51,988 nucleotides of DNA, taken from the NCBI GenBank assembly GCA_025350905.1, contig JANXWY010000341.1, forward strand, positions 1-51,988, written 5' to 3'. This document shows positions 29,435 to 38,632 of this stretch, in pieces. Source of the stretch: Verrucomicrobiota bacterium (GTDB lineage Bacteria > Verrucomicrobiota > Verrucomicrobiia > Limisphaerales > JADLHS01). The translations under genes and the position numbers were made by a program. The notes beneath the pieces were generated by a model. That model worked only from the letters and a program-made list of their open reading frames with translations, made no database searches and was not told the DNA's origin. The number at the start of each line of letters is the position of its first letter. Position 1 is the stretch's first letter.

Positions 29435-29645
29435 AAAAACCCCTTGAAACCGGCGGAGCGCGCGGCGGGGTTGGGGTTGGTTCACCAGCAAAATCTGGTA
29501 ATAAAACGCCAACAATCAATTGGCCCAACCGCCAGAATCCCCTACCCTCCTCCGCGTGAACGAGTGTCGGCTTTCCGGATATCCGGAACGACCTCTCCCC
29601 GCCTGCGGGAATATTTTGGCAGGTAAACGCAATCGACATTGAAAT

Positions 29646-30704
29646 ATGAACCACAAGATCACGCAACTCCTCGGCGATTCCGCCCCGGCGCTCCTCGAAC
29701 ATCAATGCAAAACCGTGCCCAAGGAAAACCTGCACCTTCCCGGCCCCGACTTCGTTGACCGCGTCATGGCCTGCACGGACCGCACTCCCCAGGTGCTGCG
29801 CAGCCTCCAGCAAATGTTCAACACCGGCCGTCTCGGCGGCACCGGTTATTTGTCCATCCTGCCGGTGGACCAGGGCATCGAACATTCGGCAGGCGCCAGC
29901 TTCGCCCCGAACCCGGATTACTTTGATCCGGAAAACATCGTGAAACTCGCCCTCGAAGGCGGCTGTAACGCCGTCGCATCCACGCTCGGCGTGCTCGGCA
30001 TGGTTTCGCGCAAATACGCGCACCGCATTCCGTTTATGGTGAAGCTGAATCACAACGAGCTGATGACCTGCCCGAACAAATTCGACCAGATTTATTTCGC
30101 GCAAGTCGAACAGGCCTGGAACCTCGGGGCGACCGCGGTGGGGGCGACCATTTACTTCGGTTCGGCGGAATCGGCGCGGCAGATTGTCGAGACCAGCCTA
30201 GCGTTCAAGCGGGCGCATGAACTCGGGCTGGCCACCGTGCTTTGGTGTTACCTCCGGAACAATGCATTCAAGACGAAGGAAAAGGATTATCACGTCAGCG
30301 CCGATCTCACCGGCCAGGCGAATCATCTCGGCGTAACGATCCAAGCCGACATCATCAAGCAGAAGCTGCCGGAGAACAACGGCGGCTATAAGGCCGTCCC
30401 GAATTACGGCAAAACCCATGAGAGGGTTTACACGGAATTGACAACCGATCATCCGATTGATCTGTGTCGGTATCAGGTATTGAACTGTTATTCCGGTCGC
30501 GCCGGCTTGATTAATTCCGGAGGCGAATCCAAGGGCAAGGGCGACCTCGAAGCCGCGGTGAAAACGGCCGTGATCAACAAACGCGCGGGCGGCACCGGCT
30601 TGATTTCCGGCCGCAAGGCGTTTCAACGGCCCCTGGTGGAGGGCGTCGAATTGCTCAATGCGATTCAGGACGTCTATCTGGACAAGGATATCACGGTGGC
30701 CTGA
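29646..30704 (+). CDS. fbaB: Class I fructose-bisphosphate aldolase (DhnA/FbaB)
   Basis: [30 protein letters not shown] (Schiff-base Lys), [10 protein letters not shown]. Confidence 0.95.
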   Translation: MNHKITQLLGDSAPALLEHQCKTVPKENLHLPGPDFVDRVMACTDRTPQVLRSLQQMFNTGRLGGTGYLSILPVDQGIEHSAGASFAPNPDYFDPENIVKLALEGGCNAVASTLGVLGMVSRKYAHRIPFMVKLNHNELMTCPNKFDQIYFAQVEQAWNLGATAVGATIYFGSAESARQIVETSLAFKRAHELGLATVLWCYLRNNAFKTKEKDYHVSADLTGQANHLGVTIQADIIKQKLPENNGGYKAVPNYGKTHERVYTELTTDHPIDLCRYQVLNCYSGRAGLINSGGESKGKGDLEAAVKTAVINKRAGGTGLISGRKAFQRPLVEGVELLNAIQDVYLDKDITVA

Positions 30705-30713
30705 CCTGCATAG

Positions 30714-30785
30714 CGTAGCCGCCGACGTGAGGAGGCGGATTCTGGAGATTCGAGCCGCCCGCCGACTTCTAAGGCGGCGGCGACA
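30714..30785. repeat. GTAG-capped REP-like element downstream of fbaB
   Basis: CGTAGCCGCCGACGTGAGGAGGCGG with decayed right arm ...GGCGGCGGCGAC. Confidence 0.7.
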
Positions 30786-30868
30786 GTGCTTGCTCCGGCT
30801 ATCACTTGGAGACTAAAAGGGCCGTGGTGCAGCACGCACGACGGTCGTTTGAAATTTTGCGACCCGCA

Positions 30869-31261
30869 TCAACTCTTCCAGTCAAACGCCTTCTTCTTCA
30901 CTGCGTAGATGTAGCCGATAAAAAGAATGCCGAGGAAGGAAACCATCGAGCCGAGAATCAGGTTCCGCGTGGCCGGGTCTTGCAGCATGGACTTGTAGAT
31001 CACCGCCCACGGATACATGAACACGACTTCAATATCGAACAGGATAAACAGCATCGCCACGAGGTAGAATTTCACCGACATCCGGGTGCTGCCTTCGCCA
31101 ATTGGCAGCATGCCGCACTCGTACGCGGTGTCCTTGATCTTGCTGGTCCGCCCGCGTTTGCCGAGCACCATCGAAAGGCCAATCATGCCGCCGGTGGCCG
31201 CCACAGCGAGCACGAACAGGATCAGCACGGCGAGGTATTGGGGAAACTGCGACGATTCCAT
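30869..31261 (-). CDS. nuoA: NADH-quinone oxidoreductase subunit A (second, stand-alone copy)
   Basis: YECG loop, FYLVAMLFILFDIEVVFMYPWA, AFDW. Confidence 0.92.
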   Translation of the reverse strand: MESSQFPQYLAVLILFVLAVAATGGMIGLSMVLGKRGRTSKIKDTAYECGMLPIGEGSTRMSVKFYLVAMLFILFDIEVVFMYPWAVIYKSMLQDPATRNLILGSMVSFLGILFIGYIYAVKKKAFDWKS

Positions 31262-31318
31262 GGACTGAAGTTAAGAAAAGCACCGGGGCCTTGGCAAGTG
31301 TTACCGGGACGCCGTCGC

Positions 31319-31470
31319 GGTAGGGTCGTCGCGCTGCGATGACCCCGGCCCGGGCAGGACTCGAACACCTTTTTGCGTACGTCCGGGTTCAGAGTGCGAC
31401 CCAGCGTCAACTGCCTTGCCGCCGTTGCGCCCCTGCACGGGGCGCTGGTCATCACAGCGCGATGACCCTA
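31319..31470. repeat. GTAGGG-family REP-like palindrome
   Basis: TAGGGTCGTCGCGCTGCGATGACC / GGTCATCACAGCGCGATGACCCTA (22/24); related to 33991-34118. Confidence 0.8.
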
Positions 31471-33384
31471 GCCGGGGGTCGCGACCTCAAGTTTTGTGAA
31501 ACCTTCCTCGATGGTGGAAGTGTTTTGGATCCGGGCGAGTCGGGCATACAGCCCGTCCTGCGCCAGCAAATCCTCGTGCGCACCGCGCTCGATGATCTGC
31601 CCATGCCGCAGCACCAGGATTTGATCCGCCCGCCGAATCGTGCTGAGCCGATGCGCGATGACGAAGCTCGTGCGATTGGCCATGAGCCGCTCGAGCGCCT
31701 CCTGAATCAAGCGCTCCGTGGCGGTGTCCACGCTGGCGGTCGCTTCGTCGAGAATGAGGATGGGGGCGTTTTTGAGCAGCGCCCGGGCAATGCTCACGCG
31801 TTGCTTTTCGCCGACGCTCAACTTCACGCCGCGCTCGCCGACGCGGGTATCAAAACTCTGCGGCAGGTTCGCGATGAATTCGTAACAATTCGCCGCGCGG
31901 GCAGCGGCCAGCAACTCAGCTTCGGTCGCATCCAATTTGCCATAGAGAATGTTTTCTCGAATCGTGCCGTTGAAGAGGAACGGCTCCTGACTGACCACGC
32001 TGATGTGTTCGCGCAACGATTCGAGCGCAACGTTACTGATGTCCTGCCCGTCCACCAAAATGCGGCCGGAGGTGAGTTCGTAGAGCGCAGGCAGCAGGTT
32101 TACCACTGTGGATTTACCAGCGCCGGTTGGCCCGACCAGCGCAATCATTTCACCCGGTTGGGCGTGCAGCGAAATGTTGTTCAAGACTGTCCGCTCGACT
32201 TTCGGAGCGCCGAGCACCGTCTCGGCTTGATTCAGATCGGTTTCCCAAACTTGCCGAGTCGGCGCTCGGCGCTCCGGTTCGGAGGCGTAACTGAAACCGA
32301 CATTTTCATAAACCACTTCGCCGCGCACCGGTCGGTGCAGAGCCTCGCGGCGCTTGTCGTCGTCGCGTTCTTTTGTCGCATCCAGAATATCCAGCACGCG
32401 CTCGCCCGCCGCCCGCCCGCTTTGCAGCAATTGATTCAGCCCGTGTAACTGGCCGATCGGGGTGTAAAACATGCCAAGGTAAAGCAGATACCCCACCAGC
32501 GCGCCCGGCTCCATCTGGTGTTGAATGACCTGCCGCCCGCCCACCCAGAGCACGAGCGCAAAACCGATCGCGCCGGCAAAACTCATCACCGGCGAGTAGA
32601 TCGCCCACACCCGCATGATGCCCAGCGTTCCCCGCCGGAGCGCATCCGCCCGCTCACTGAAGCGCTGGTCCTCGTGGGCTTCCCGCCCAAAGGCCTTGAT
32701 CTGCCGGACGCCTTGCAGATTGTCCATCAACAGCGCATTCATGGCACTCGATGCTTCGCGTTGCCGCCGATAACGTCGATGCGCCGTCAGCGTGTACCAC
32801 AGCGCCCCCAGCGCCAGCACGGGGATGGGGGACATCGCGACCAACGCGAGCCACGGATTGGAATAAATCAGAATGGCGCCTACGCCCAGGACGCCGACCA
32901 ACGCCACCACGCCCTGCTCCGTTCCGTCGATCAACACGCGCTCCACGGAGTTCACGTCTTCAATGACGCGGGTCATCAGATCGCCGGACGCGCGCTGGTC
33001 GAAATAGCCGACCGGCAGTCGTTGCAGCCGCGCATAAACCTCGCGGCGCATGTCGAAAATCACGTTTTGCTCGAAGTGATTGTTGACGAGAATGCGCAAC
33101 CCGCTGAAAAGGTCGCGCAGCAAGAACGCACCGATCAAACCGAGCATCACCGCGGTCAATTGCTCGGTGCGCCCCTGCCGAATCACATCGTCAATGGCAT
33201 AGGCCGTGAGTTTGGGAAACGCGAACGACGCCAGGAGCGAAAGGACGGTGCACGCGACTGTCGCCACCGAGGCCAGTTTGTACGGCCGCAGGTAAATGGC
33301 GACGCGTCGGACCACTTCCCAAGTCGAACGCGACTTCGCGGAGAAGGTGGGATCGGCTTCGGTTGAGGGAGCGCCATGGGCCAT
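31468..33384 (-). CDS. ABC exporter, fused permease/ATPase (MsbA/MdlB-like)
   Basis: TM domain, Walker A GPTGAGKS, LSVGEKQR signature, ILDEATA, IAHRLST; start placed at ATG 33384. Confidence 0.93.
   Translation of the reverse strand: MAHGAPSTEADPTFSAKSRSTWEVVRRVAIYLRPYKLASVATVACTVLSLLASFAFPKLTAYAIDDVIRQGRTEQLTAVMLGLIGAFLLRDLFSGLRILVNNHFEQNVIFDMRREVYARLQRLPVGYFDQRASGDLMTRVIEDVNSVERVLIDGTEQGVVALVGVLGVGAILIYSNPWLALVAMSPIPVLALGALWYTLTAHRRYRRQREASSAMNALLMDNLQGVRQIKAFGREAHEDQRFSERADALRRGTLGIMRVWAIYSPVMSFAGAIGFALVLWVGGRQVIQHQMEPGALVGYLLYLGMFYTPIGQLHGLNQLLQSGRAAGERVLDILDATKERDDDKRREALHRPVRGEVVYENVGFSYASEPERRAPTRQVWETDLNQAETVLGAPKVERTVLNNISLHAQPGEMIALVGPTGAGKSTVVNLLPALYELTSGRILVDGQDISNVALESLREHISVVSQEPFLFNGTIRENILYGKLDATEAELLAAARAANCYEFIANLPQSFDTRVGERGVKLSVGEKQRVSIARALLKNAPILILDEATASVDTATERLIQEALERLMANRTSFVIAHRLSTIRRADQILVLRHGQIIERGAHEDLLAQDGLYARLARIQNTSTIEEGFTKLEVATPG
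32203..32276. repeat. GGAG-capped palindrome in frame within the ABC ATPase domain
   Basis: CGGAGCGCCGAGCACCGTCTCGGC / GCCGAGTCGGCGCTCGGCGCTCCG (22/24); encodes PERRAPTRQVWETDLNQAETVLGAP. Confidence 0.85.
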
Positions 33385-33406
33385 AAAACGAATCGGGCGG
33401 CGTGAT

Positions 33407-33919
33407 TCAACCGCGCGCCAAGAAATCCACCATCGCCTTTGCAAACGGAGCCAGGTCCAGCGGCGTACGGCTGGAAATCAAATTGCCGTCCACCACCACC
33501 GGCTCGTTCACCCAGTAGGCGCCGGCGTTTTCCAAATCGTCCTTGATTCCAAGTGAACCGGTAACGCGTTTGCCGTTCAGGATGCGGGCCGAAATCGGAA
33601 TCCAGCCCCCATGACAGATGAACGCGACCACTTTGCCCTGCTCAAAAAATTCGCGCGTAAGCGAAAGCACCTTGAGATCGCGCCGCAGTTTGTCCGGCAT
33701 GAAACCACCCGGCACGAGCAACCCACAAAAGTCCGCACTCCGCGCGTCGCGCAACAGCAGATCCGCTTTGGCGGGATAACCGTGCTTGCCGGTGTAGATT
33801 TTCAACTCCGGACCCGCCAACCGCATCGCATAGCCGGCTTCTTCACAGCGCAATTTCGGATACCACAACTCCAAGTCTTCGTAGAGATCGTCCACGAACG
33901 TCAGCAACGTTTTCGACAT
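33407..33919 (-). CDS. PfpI/DJ-1 family protease/deglycase
   Basis: YEDLELWYP, VPGGFMPD, ICHG, VVDGNLISSR; start re-placed to ATG 33919. Confidence 0.9.
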   Translation of the reverse strand: MSKTLLTFVDDLYEDLELWYPKLRCEEAGYAMRLAGPELKIYTGKHGYPAKADLLLRDARSADFCGLLVPGGFMPDKLRRDLKVLSLTREFFEQGKVVAFICHGGWIPISARILNGKRVTGSLGIKDDLENAGAYWVNEPVVVDGNLISSRTPLDLAPFAKAMVDFLARG

Positions 33920-33990
33920 GGCTGATGCTAGCGGACCCCACTGACTTTGGGCAAGCGGCGCAATATCGAGGTCGTGCCTTGATTCGACGA

Positions 33991-34118
33991 GGTAGGGACA
34001 TTGCGCTGCGATGTCCCCGCCCGTAAAGCGGGCGGAACGTGTGAAATGGATGAGCATTTTTCCAGTTCCTTGCGCCGCTATTCCGCAGCGCGGGACGGCG
34101 CAGCGCGCCATCCCCACC
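33991..34118. repeat. GTAGGG-family REP-like palindrome
   Basis: GGTAGGGACATTGCGCTGCGATGTCCC / GGGACGGCGCAGCGCGCCATCCCCACC. Confidence 0.72.
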
Positions 34119-34203
34119 AGATTAGGCCACCGCCTAATGCGGTCGCGTAAACGGACGAGGGCGAAGCTTGGAAACCTTCTGCGGGCGGACTAGACTGCGC
34201 CGC

Positions 34204-36288
34204 ATGTCGCGCGACTACGTTTTGCAACCCTTCCAAGCTGCCGTCCACTTGCAGATTGATTATGCGCGCGAACTCAACCAGCAACAGTGCGCCGCCGTCA
34301 CCGCGCCGCCCGGCCCGGCGCTGGTCATTGCCGGCGCCGGTTCGGGCAAGACCCGCACGCTCATTTATCGCGTTGCGTATTTGCTCGAACAGGGCATTCC
34401 GCCCGATCGCATCCTGCTGCTCACGTTCACCAACAAAGCCGCCGGCGAAATGATGCGGCGCGTCACGGATTTGCTCGGGCACGAACTGACCGCGTTGTGG
34501 GGCGGGACCTTTCATTCCATCGGCAATCGCATCCTCCGCCAGCACGCGGCCCTGCTGGGCTACGGGCGGGATTTCACCATCCTGGATCGCGACGACGCCA
34601 AGCATCACATCAGCAGCTGCGTCGCGGAGTCGGACATTGACGTCAAAGCCACCCGCTTCCCCAAGGCCGAGGTGCTCGGAGATATTTTCTCGCTCGCGGT
34701 CAATACCCATAAATCCATCCCGGAAATTCTCGGCACGGAATACGGTTACTTCGCCGACCTCGCGCCGCAGATCGAAGCCATGCAACAGAGCTACCGCGCC
34801 CGGAAGCTGGCCACTAACGCCGTCGACTTCGACGACCTGCTGGTCCTTTGGCTCAAGTTGCTTCAGACTCACGCCGACGTTTGCGAGCACTACCAGCGAC
34901 GCTTCCAGTTCCTGCTCGTGGACGAATACCAGGACACGAACAAACTGCAGAGCGACCTCATTGATCTACTGGCCGCGCGCCATCGGAACGTGATGGTAGT
35001 GGGTGATGACGCGCAAAGCATCTACGCCTGGCGCGGCGCGAATTTTCAAAATATTCTCAAATTCCCGGAACGTTATCCGGGGGCCCAGACCTACAAGATC
35101 GAAACCAACTATCGCAGCACACCGGAAATCCTGACCGTGGCCAACGCCGCCATCGCCGCCAACGTCCAGCAATTTGCCAAGCAGCTCGCGCCCGCCCGCA
35201 AGTCCGGCGCGAAGCCCGTCCTGGTGACATGCAACGACGCCGCCGAGCAGGCCGCCTTCGTCGCTCAACGTGTGCTGGAACTGCGCGAGGAAGGCGGGGA
35301 CATGAACCAGATGGCAGTGCTGTACCGCTCCCACTTTCACGCGCTCGAACTGCAGTTGGAACTCACGCGCCGCAACATCCCGTTCAGCATCACCAGCGGC
35401 ATCCGTTTCTTTGAGCAGGCGCACATCAAGGACGTGACGGCGCATCTCAAACTGGTGACCAATCCGCGCGACGAACTTTCGTTCAAGCGGATCGCCCAGC
35501 TCCTCCCCGGGGTCGGCGGCAAGGGGGCGGACAAATTGTGGCGGACTTTCAACGGTGAACACGCAAACAGTCCCCTCACCCGTCCTGCAGACACCCTCTC
35601 CCCATCCGATGAGGAGAGGGACGGGGTGGGGGGTGCTCCAGTTGCAAACCGCAAGCACATCGCCACCGCTCTCCAAGCTTGCGCCAAGCATGTCCCCAAA
35701 AAAGCCTTGTTGGCTTGGGCGCAGTTGACGGCGACCGTCGCCCAGCTCGAAGCGCCTGACGTTCGCACCAGCGCCGCCCGGATGATTCCACTCGTAATCG
35801 AAGCGGGGTACGACGATCACCTGAAGGAAAACTTTGCCAACTACCGCTCCCGCTTGGAGGACTTGAAACAACTGGCGGTCTTCGCGCAACAATTTCCGAC
35901 GGTGGATGAATTCCTCACCCAGCTGGCGCTGCTCACGAACGTTGAGGCCGAGGCGGAGCAGCAGCCCGCCAACCGCGATGACGAGAAACTGCGCCTGTCC
36001 ACGATCCACCAAGCCAAGGGCCTGGAGTTCGACGTGGTGTTCATCCTCATGCTCTGCGATGGGCTCTTTCCCTCCGCCCGCTCGATGGAATCCACCGAAG
36101 GCGAAGAAGAAGAACGGCGGTTGTTTTACGTCGCGGTGACCCGCGCCCGCAACGAACTTTACCTCAGCTACCCGCTCCTGCGCGCCGGCTACGGCAACAC
36201 GGGCGCTACGATGCAACAACCGTCGAGATTTTTGGAAGAAATCCCGAAGGCGCTGTTGGACGAGTGGAATCTGCGGTCGTACGGGTGA
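34204..36288 (+). CDS. UvrD/PcrA-family ATP-dependent DNA helicase
   Basis: AGAGSGKT, TFTNKAA, VDEYQD, GDDAQSIY.WRGA, NYRS, TIHQAKGLEF, EERRLFYVAVTRA. Confidence 0.95.
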   Translation: MSRDYVLQPFQAAVHLQIDYARELNQQQCAAVTAPPGPALVIAGAGSGKTRTLIYRVAYLLEQGIPPDRILLLTFTNKAAGEMMRRVTDLLGHELTALWGGTFHSIGNRILRQHAALLGYGRDFTILDRDDAKHHISSCVAESDIDVKATRFPKAEVLGDIFSLAVNTHKSIPEILGTEYGYFADLAPQIEAMQQSYRARKLATNAVDFDDLLVLWLKLLQTHADVCEHYQRRFQFLLVDEYQDTNKLQSDLIDLLAARHRNVMVVGDDAQSIYAWRGANFQNILKFPERYPGAQTYKIETNYRSTPEILTVANAAIAANVQQFAKQLAPARKSGAKPVLVTCNDAAEQAAFVAQRVLELREEGGDMNQMAVLYRSHFHALELQLELTRRNIPFSITSGIRFFEQAHIKDVTAHLKLVTNPRDELSFKRIAQLLPGVGGKGADKLWRTFNGEHANSPLTRPADTLSPSDEERDGVGGAPVANRKHIATALQACAKHVPKKALLAWAQLTATVAQLEAPDVRTSAARMIPLVIEAGYDDHLKENFANYRSRLEDLKQLAVFAQQFPTVDEFLTQLALLTNVEAEAEQQPANRDDEKLRLSTIHQAKGLEFDVVFILMLCDGLFPSARSMESTEGEEEERRLFYVAVTRARNELYLSYPLLRAGYGNTGATMQQPSRFLEEIPKALLDEWNLRSYG
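35572..35633. repeat. CCCTCACCC-family palindrome in frame within UvrD
   Basis: CCCCTCACCCGTCC..CCCTCTCC..GGAGAGGGACGGGGTGGGGGG; encodes PLTRPADTLSPSDEERDGVGG. Confidence 0.75.
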
Positions 36289-36344
36289 GCGGGAGTCGTA
36301 ATGGTTGCCATTGTGATTCTCACAGCCAAGGCATCGACACACAG

Positions 36345-36665
36345 CTAGGGCTCATGGTCGAACGCAATGTATTTGTCGCGGTGGCATACCAGTCGATCAA
36401 GAAGGATCATGGGCGAAAAGATGGCTCCAGCCCAATTGAAGCCAGAACGATCAAAACGGGCGTGATATGGTTCCAAAATGTAGGAATCGCGAAGCGCCCA
36501 GCCACTATTTTTCAAGCGGGTTTTTCCTGCGACATACGGCCCGTAATAATCACCGTGTAGCGTCAAAAGCAAATAGGTGACAAAATATACGGCCCAAAAG
36601 GCGACAAGACTGCGCCTCATCCACTTACCCGCACAAAAGTCACGGAATTGCTTCGTTACTTTCAT
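36345..36665 (-). CDS. Hypothetical membrane protein (visibly lower GC)
   Basis: 106-aa ORF with a TM segment, between recJ and the helicase. Confidence 0.6.
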   Translation of the reverse strand: MKVTKQFRDFCAGKWMRRSLVAFWAVYFVTYLLLTLHGDYYGPYVAGKTRLKNSGWALRDSYILEPYHARFDRSGFNWAGAIFSPMILLDRLVCHRDKYIAFDHEP

Positions 36666-36696
36666 TGAATTTCTGATTGGCGACGCTCGCTTGATT

Positions 36697-38421
36697 TCAC
36701 GCAGGCCGCCAGTCCAAAATTTTCAACTGTACGGTGCGTCTGCCATTGTAGTCATTGACCTGCGGAGCAAAGGCCACGTCGAATTTCCCTTCCGGCACCG
36801 ATTCCTTGCCCGCGTTCCACCACACGGCCTCATGGCTCGTTTGGCCGTCGGTCAACCACAGTTTGATGTGTTGCTTCTCCGCGCCCATCCGCAGGAGCGG
36901 CCGTTGCTGCGTGAGGCCACGGGCGAAGAATTGCACCATCGGATTCCCCATCCCGGTCGGTTTGAACTGATCGAGTTCCGCCAGTGCGGCCAGCGAAATG
37001 TCTCCCAGGCGGATTTCGGCGTCGAGCCGGAGGGGCGGTTGCAAATCTTCCGGTTTGAGGGTCCGCCGGGCGAGATCGTTGAGGCGCGCGCGAAAGGCAG
37101 TGAGTTGGTCAGGGCGAATCGTGATGCCGGCCGCCATCGCATGCCCTCCGTGTCGCACGAGCAAGTCATCGCATTCCCGCAGGGCGGCCGCGAGATCAAA
37201 GCCGGCGATGCTCCGACCGGAGCCGCGCCATTGATCGCCGTCCCCGCCCACGATGAAAGTGGGCCGATAAAATTCCTGCACCACGCGCGACGCGACAATG
37301 CCCACCACGCCGATGTGCCAGAGCAATTGCCCCTGGACGATGACGAAGTCAGTCTCCGGATGGAAGTTGGCCCGCACCGCGCCCAAGACCTCGTCCACGA
37401 TGCTGCGCTCGATCTTTTGCCGCTCGCGATTCTGGGCATCGAGCTGCTGCGCGATTGGCAGGGCCGCCGACAAATCCCGCGCCCGCAGCAACTGCAAGGC
37501 TGCCTCCGCCGTTTCCAACCGCCCGGCCGCATTCAAGCGCGGGCCCAGTTGAAAGCCAACTTCGTAGGTGCCGAGCGTCGGTGGGCATTGGGCGACTTGT
37601 TTTAACGCGACCAGACCGGGCCGCTTCGTGTCGCTCAGTCGTTCGAGTCCGGCGGCAACCAGGATGCGGTTTTCGCCCACGAGCGGCACGAGATCGGCAA
37701 TCGTTCCCAGTGCCACCAGATCGAGCAGCGGTCGCAAATCATATTCCGCCGCGTCCGGCAGGCCGATTTCGCGTCCGCGCTTGACCAGGGCGTGCGCGAG
37801 TTTGAAGGCGAGGCCGGCGGAACAAAGTTCGGTGAAAGCGGTTGAGGGTTGAGCGTTGAGCGTTGAGAGCTGCGGGTTGACCAACGCCACCGCGGCGGGC
37901 GCCGGGGACGAAACCTGATGGTGATCGAGCACGATCACGTCCACCCCACGCGCTTGCAACCACGCAATGGTCGCGACGGCGGTGGAGCCACAGTCCACGG
38001 CCAGCAGGAGCTGGGTCGGAAATTTTTTCAGACAATTTTCCACACCGTCCTGACTCAGGCCGTAACCTTCCTCCAGCCGATGCGGCAGATACGCATTCAC
38101 CGACCAGCCCAGCGCGCCGAACACTTCGGCCAGCAGCGTGGTGGCGGTGACGCCATCCACATCGTAATCGCCAAAAATAACCAGGGCTTCCCCGGCTTCG
38201 CGGGCGCGCAGCAAACGCTCGACGGCGGCGGGCATGTTCGGCAGGAGGAACGGGTCGGCGAGTTGCTTGAGCCGGGGGTGGAGAAAGTGTTCGATTGCGT
38301 CCGGCTCGCTCAGACCCCGATTGATCAGGCATTGCGCGAACAGCGGGGAAAGTTTGAGGTCCGCCGCCAGTTTGAGGGCCAGCAAGGGTTGGGGCGGCGC
38401 GGGCAACCAGCGGTGTTTCAT
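36697..38421 (-). CDS. recJ: Single-stranded-DNA exonuclease RecJ
   Basis: GDYDVDG, VDCG, DHH, GTIADLVPL, PRLNAAGR, GSGRS, GGHAMAAG. Confidence 0.96.
   Translation of the reverse strand: MKHRWLPAPPQPLLALKLAADLKLSPLFAQCLINRGLSEPDAIEHFLHPRLKQLADPFLLPNMPAAVERLLRAREAGEALVIFGDYDVDGVTATTLLAEVFGALGWSVNAYLPHRLEEGYGLSQDGVENCLKKFPTQLLLAVDCGSTAVATIAWLQARGVDVIVLDHHQVSSPAPAAVALVNPQLSTLNAQPSTAFTELCSAGLAFKLAHALVKRGREIGLPDAAEYDLRPLLDLVALGTIADLVPLVGENRILVAAGLERLSDTKRPGLVALKQVAQCPPTLGTYEVGFQLGPRLNAAGRLETAEAALQLLRARDLSAALPIAQQLDAQNRERQKIERSIVDEVLGAVRANFHPETDFVIVQGQLLWHIGVVGIVASRVVQEFYRPTFIVGGDGDQWRGSGRSIAGFDLAAALRECDDLLVRHGGHAMAAGITIRPDQLTAFRARLNDLARRTLKPEDLQPPLRLDAEIRLGDISLAALAELDQFKPTGMGNPMVQFFARGLTQQRPLLRMGAEKQHIKLWLTDGQTSHEAVWWNAGKESVPEGKFDVAFAPQVNDYNGRRTVQLKILDWRPA
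37840..37867. repeat. Heptamer tandem repeat (SGTTGAG x4) inside recJ
   Basis: GGTTGAG GGTTGAG CGTTGAG CGTTGAG; encodes LSTLNAQPST. Confidence 0.65.
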
Positions 38422-38462
38422 CCCGGAGAGCTTCGCCGGAAACGGCGAGCGGCGTCAATGCG

Positions 38463-38629
38463 CGTAGCGTCGGGCGCCTCGCCTGACGTAAAGCGTGGCA
38501 CCTTGCCACCCAGAAAGGACGCTCGCACTTGCCCACCGCTCACGAAATCTTGCAGCAATGGCTATCCCCGGGCGTTTTCCGCCGGGCGGGACGCCCGGCT
38601 CTACGGCAGGCGGGACGCCCACCGCCACG
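38463..38629. repeat. GTAG-capped long palindrome
   Basis: CGTAGCGTCGGGCGCCTCGCCTGACGTAAAGC / GCTCTACGGCAGGCGGGACGCCCACCGCCACG. Confidence 0.7.
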
Positions 38630-38632
38630 CCG

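Noticed and set aside
28787-29645. CRISPR array in the repeat-rich tyrS-fbaB gap
   Set aside because: The repeats are inverted and of different families, with no identical direct repeats at regular spacing and no cas genes
33920-34117. N-terminal extension of the PfpI-like ORF (likewise ORF-track extensions of clpP, comB, dgt, vapC)
   Set aside because: Family similarity starts at downstream start codons; the PfpI extension is mostly translated palindrome and promoter sequence
36345-36665. Solo integron cassette
   Set aside because: Lower GC and cassette-like size, but I could not find complementary core sites or an attC
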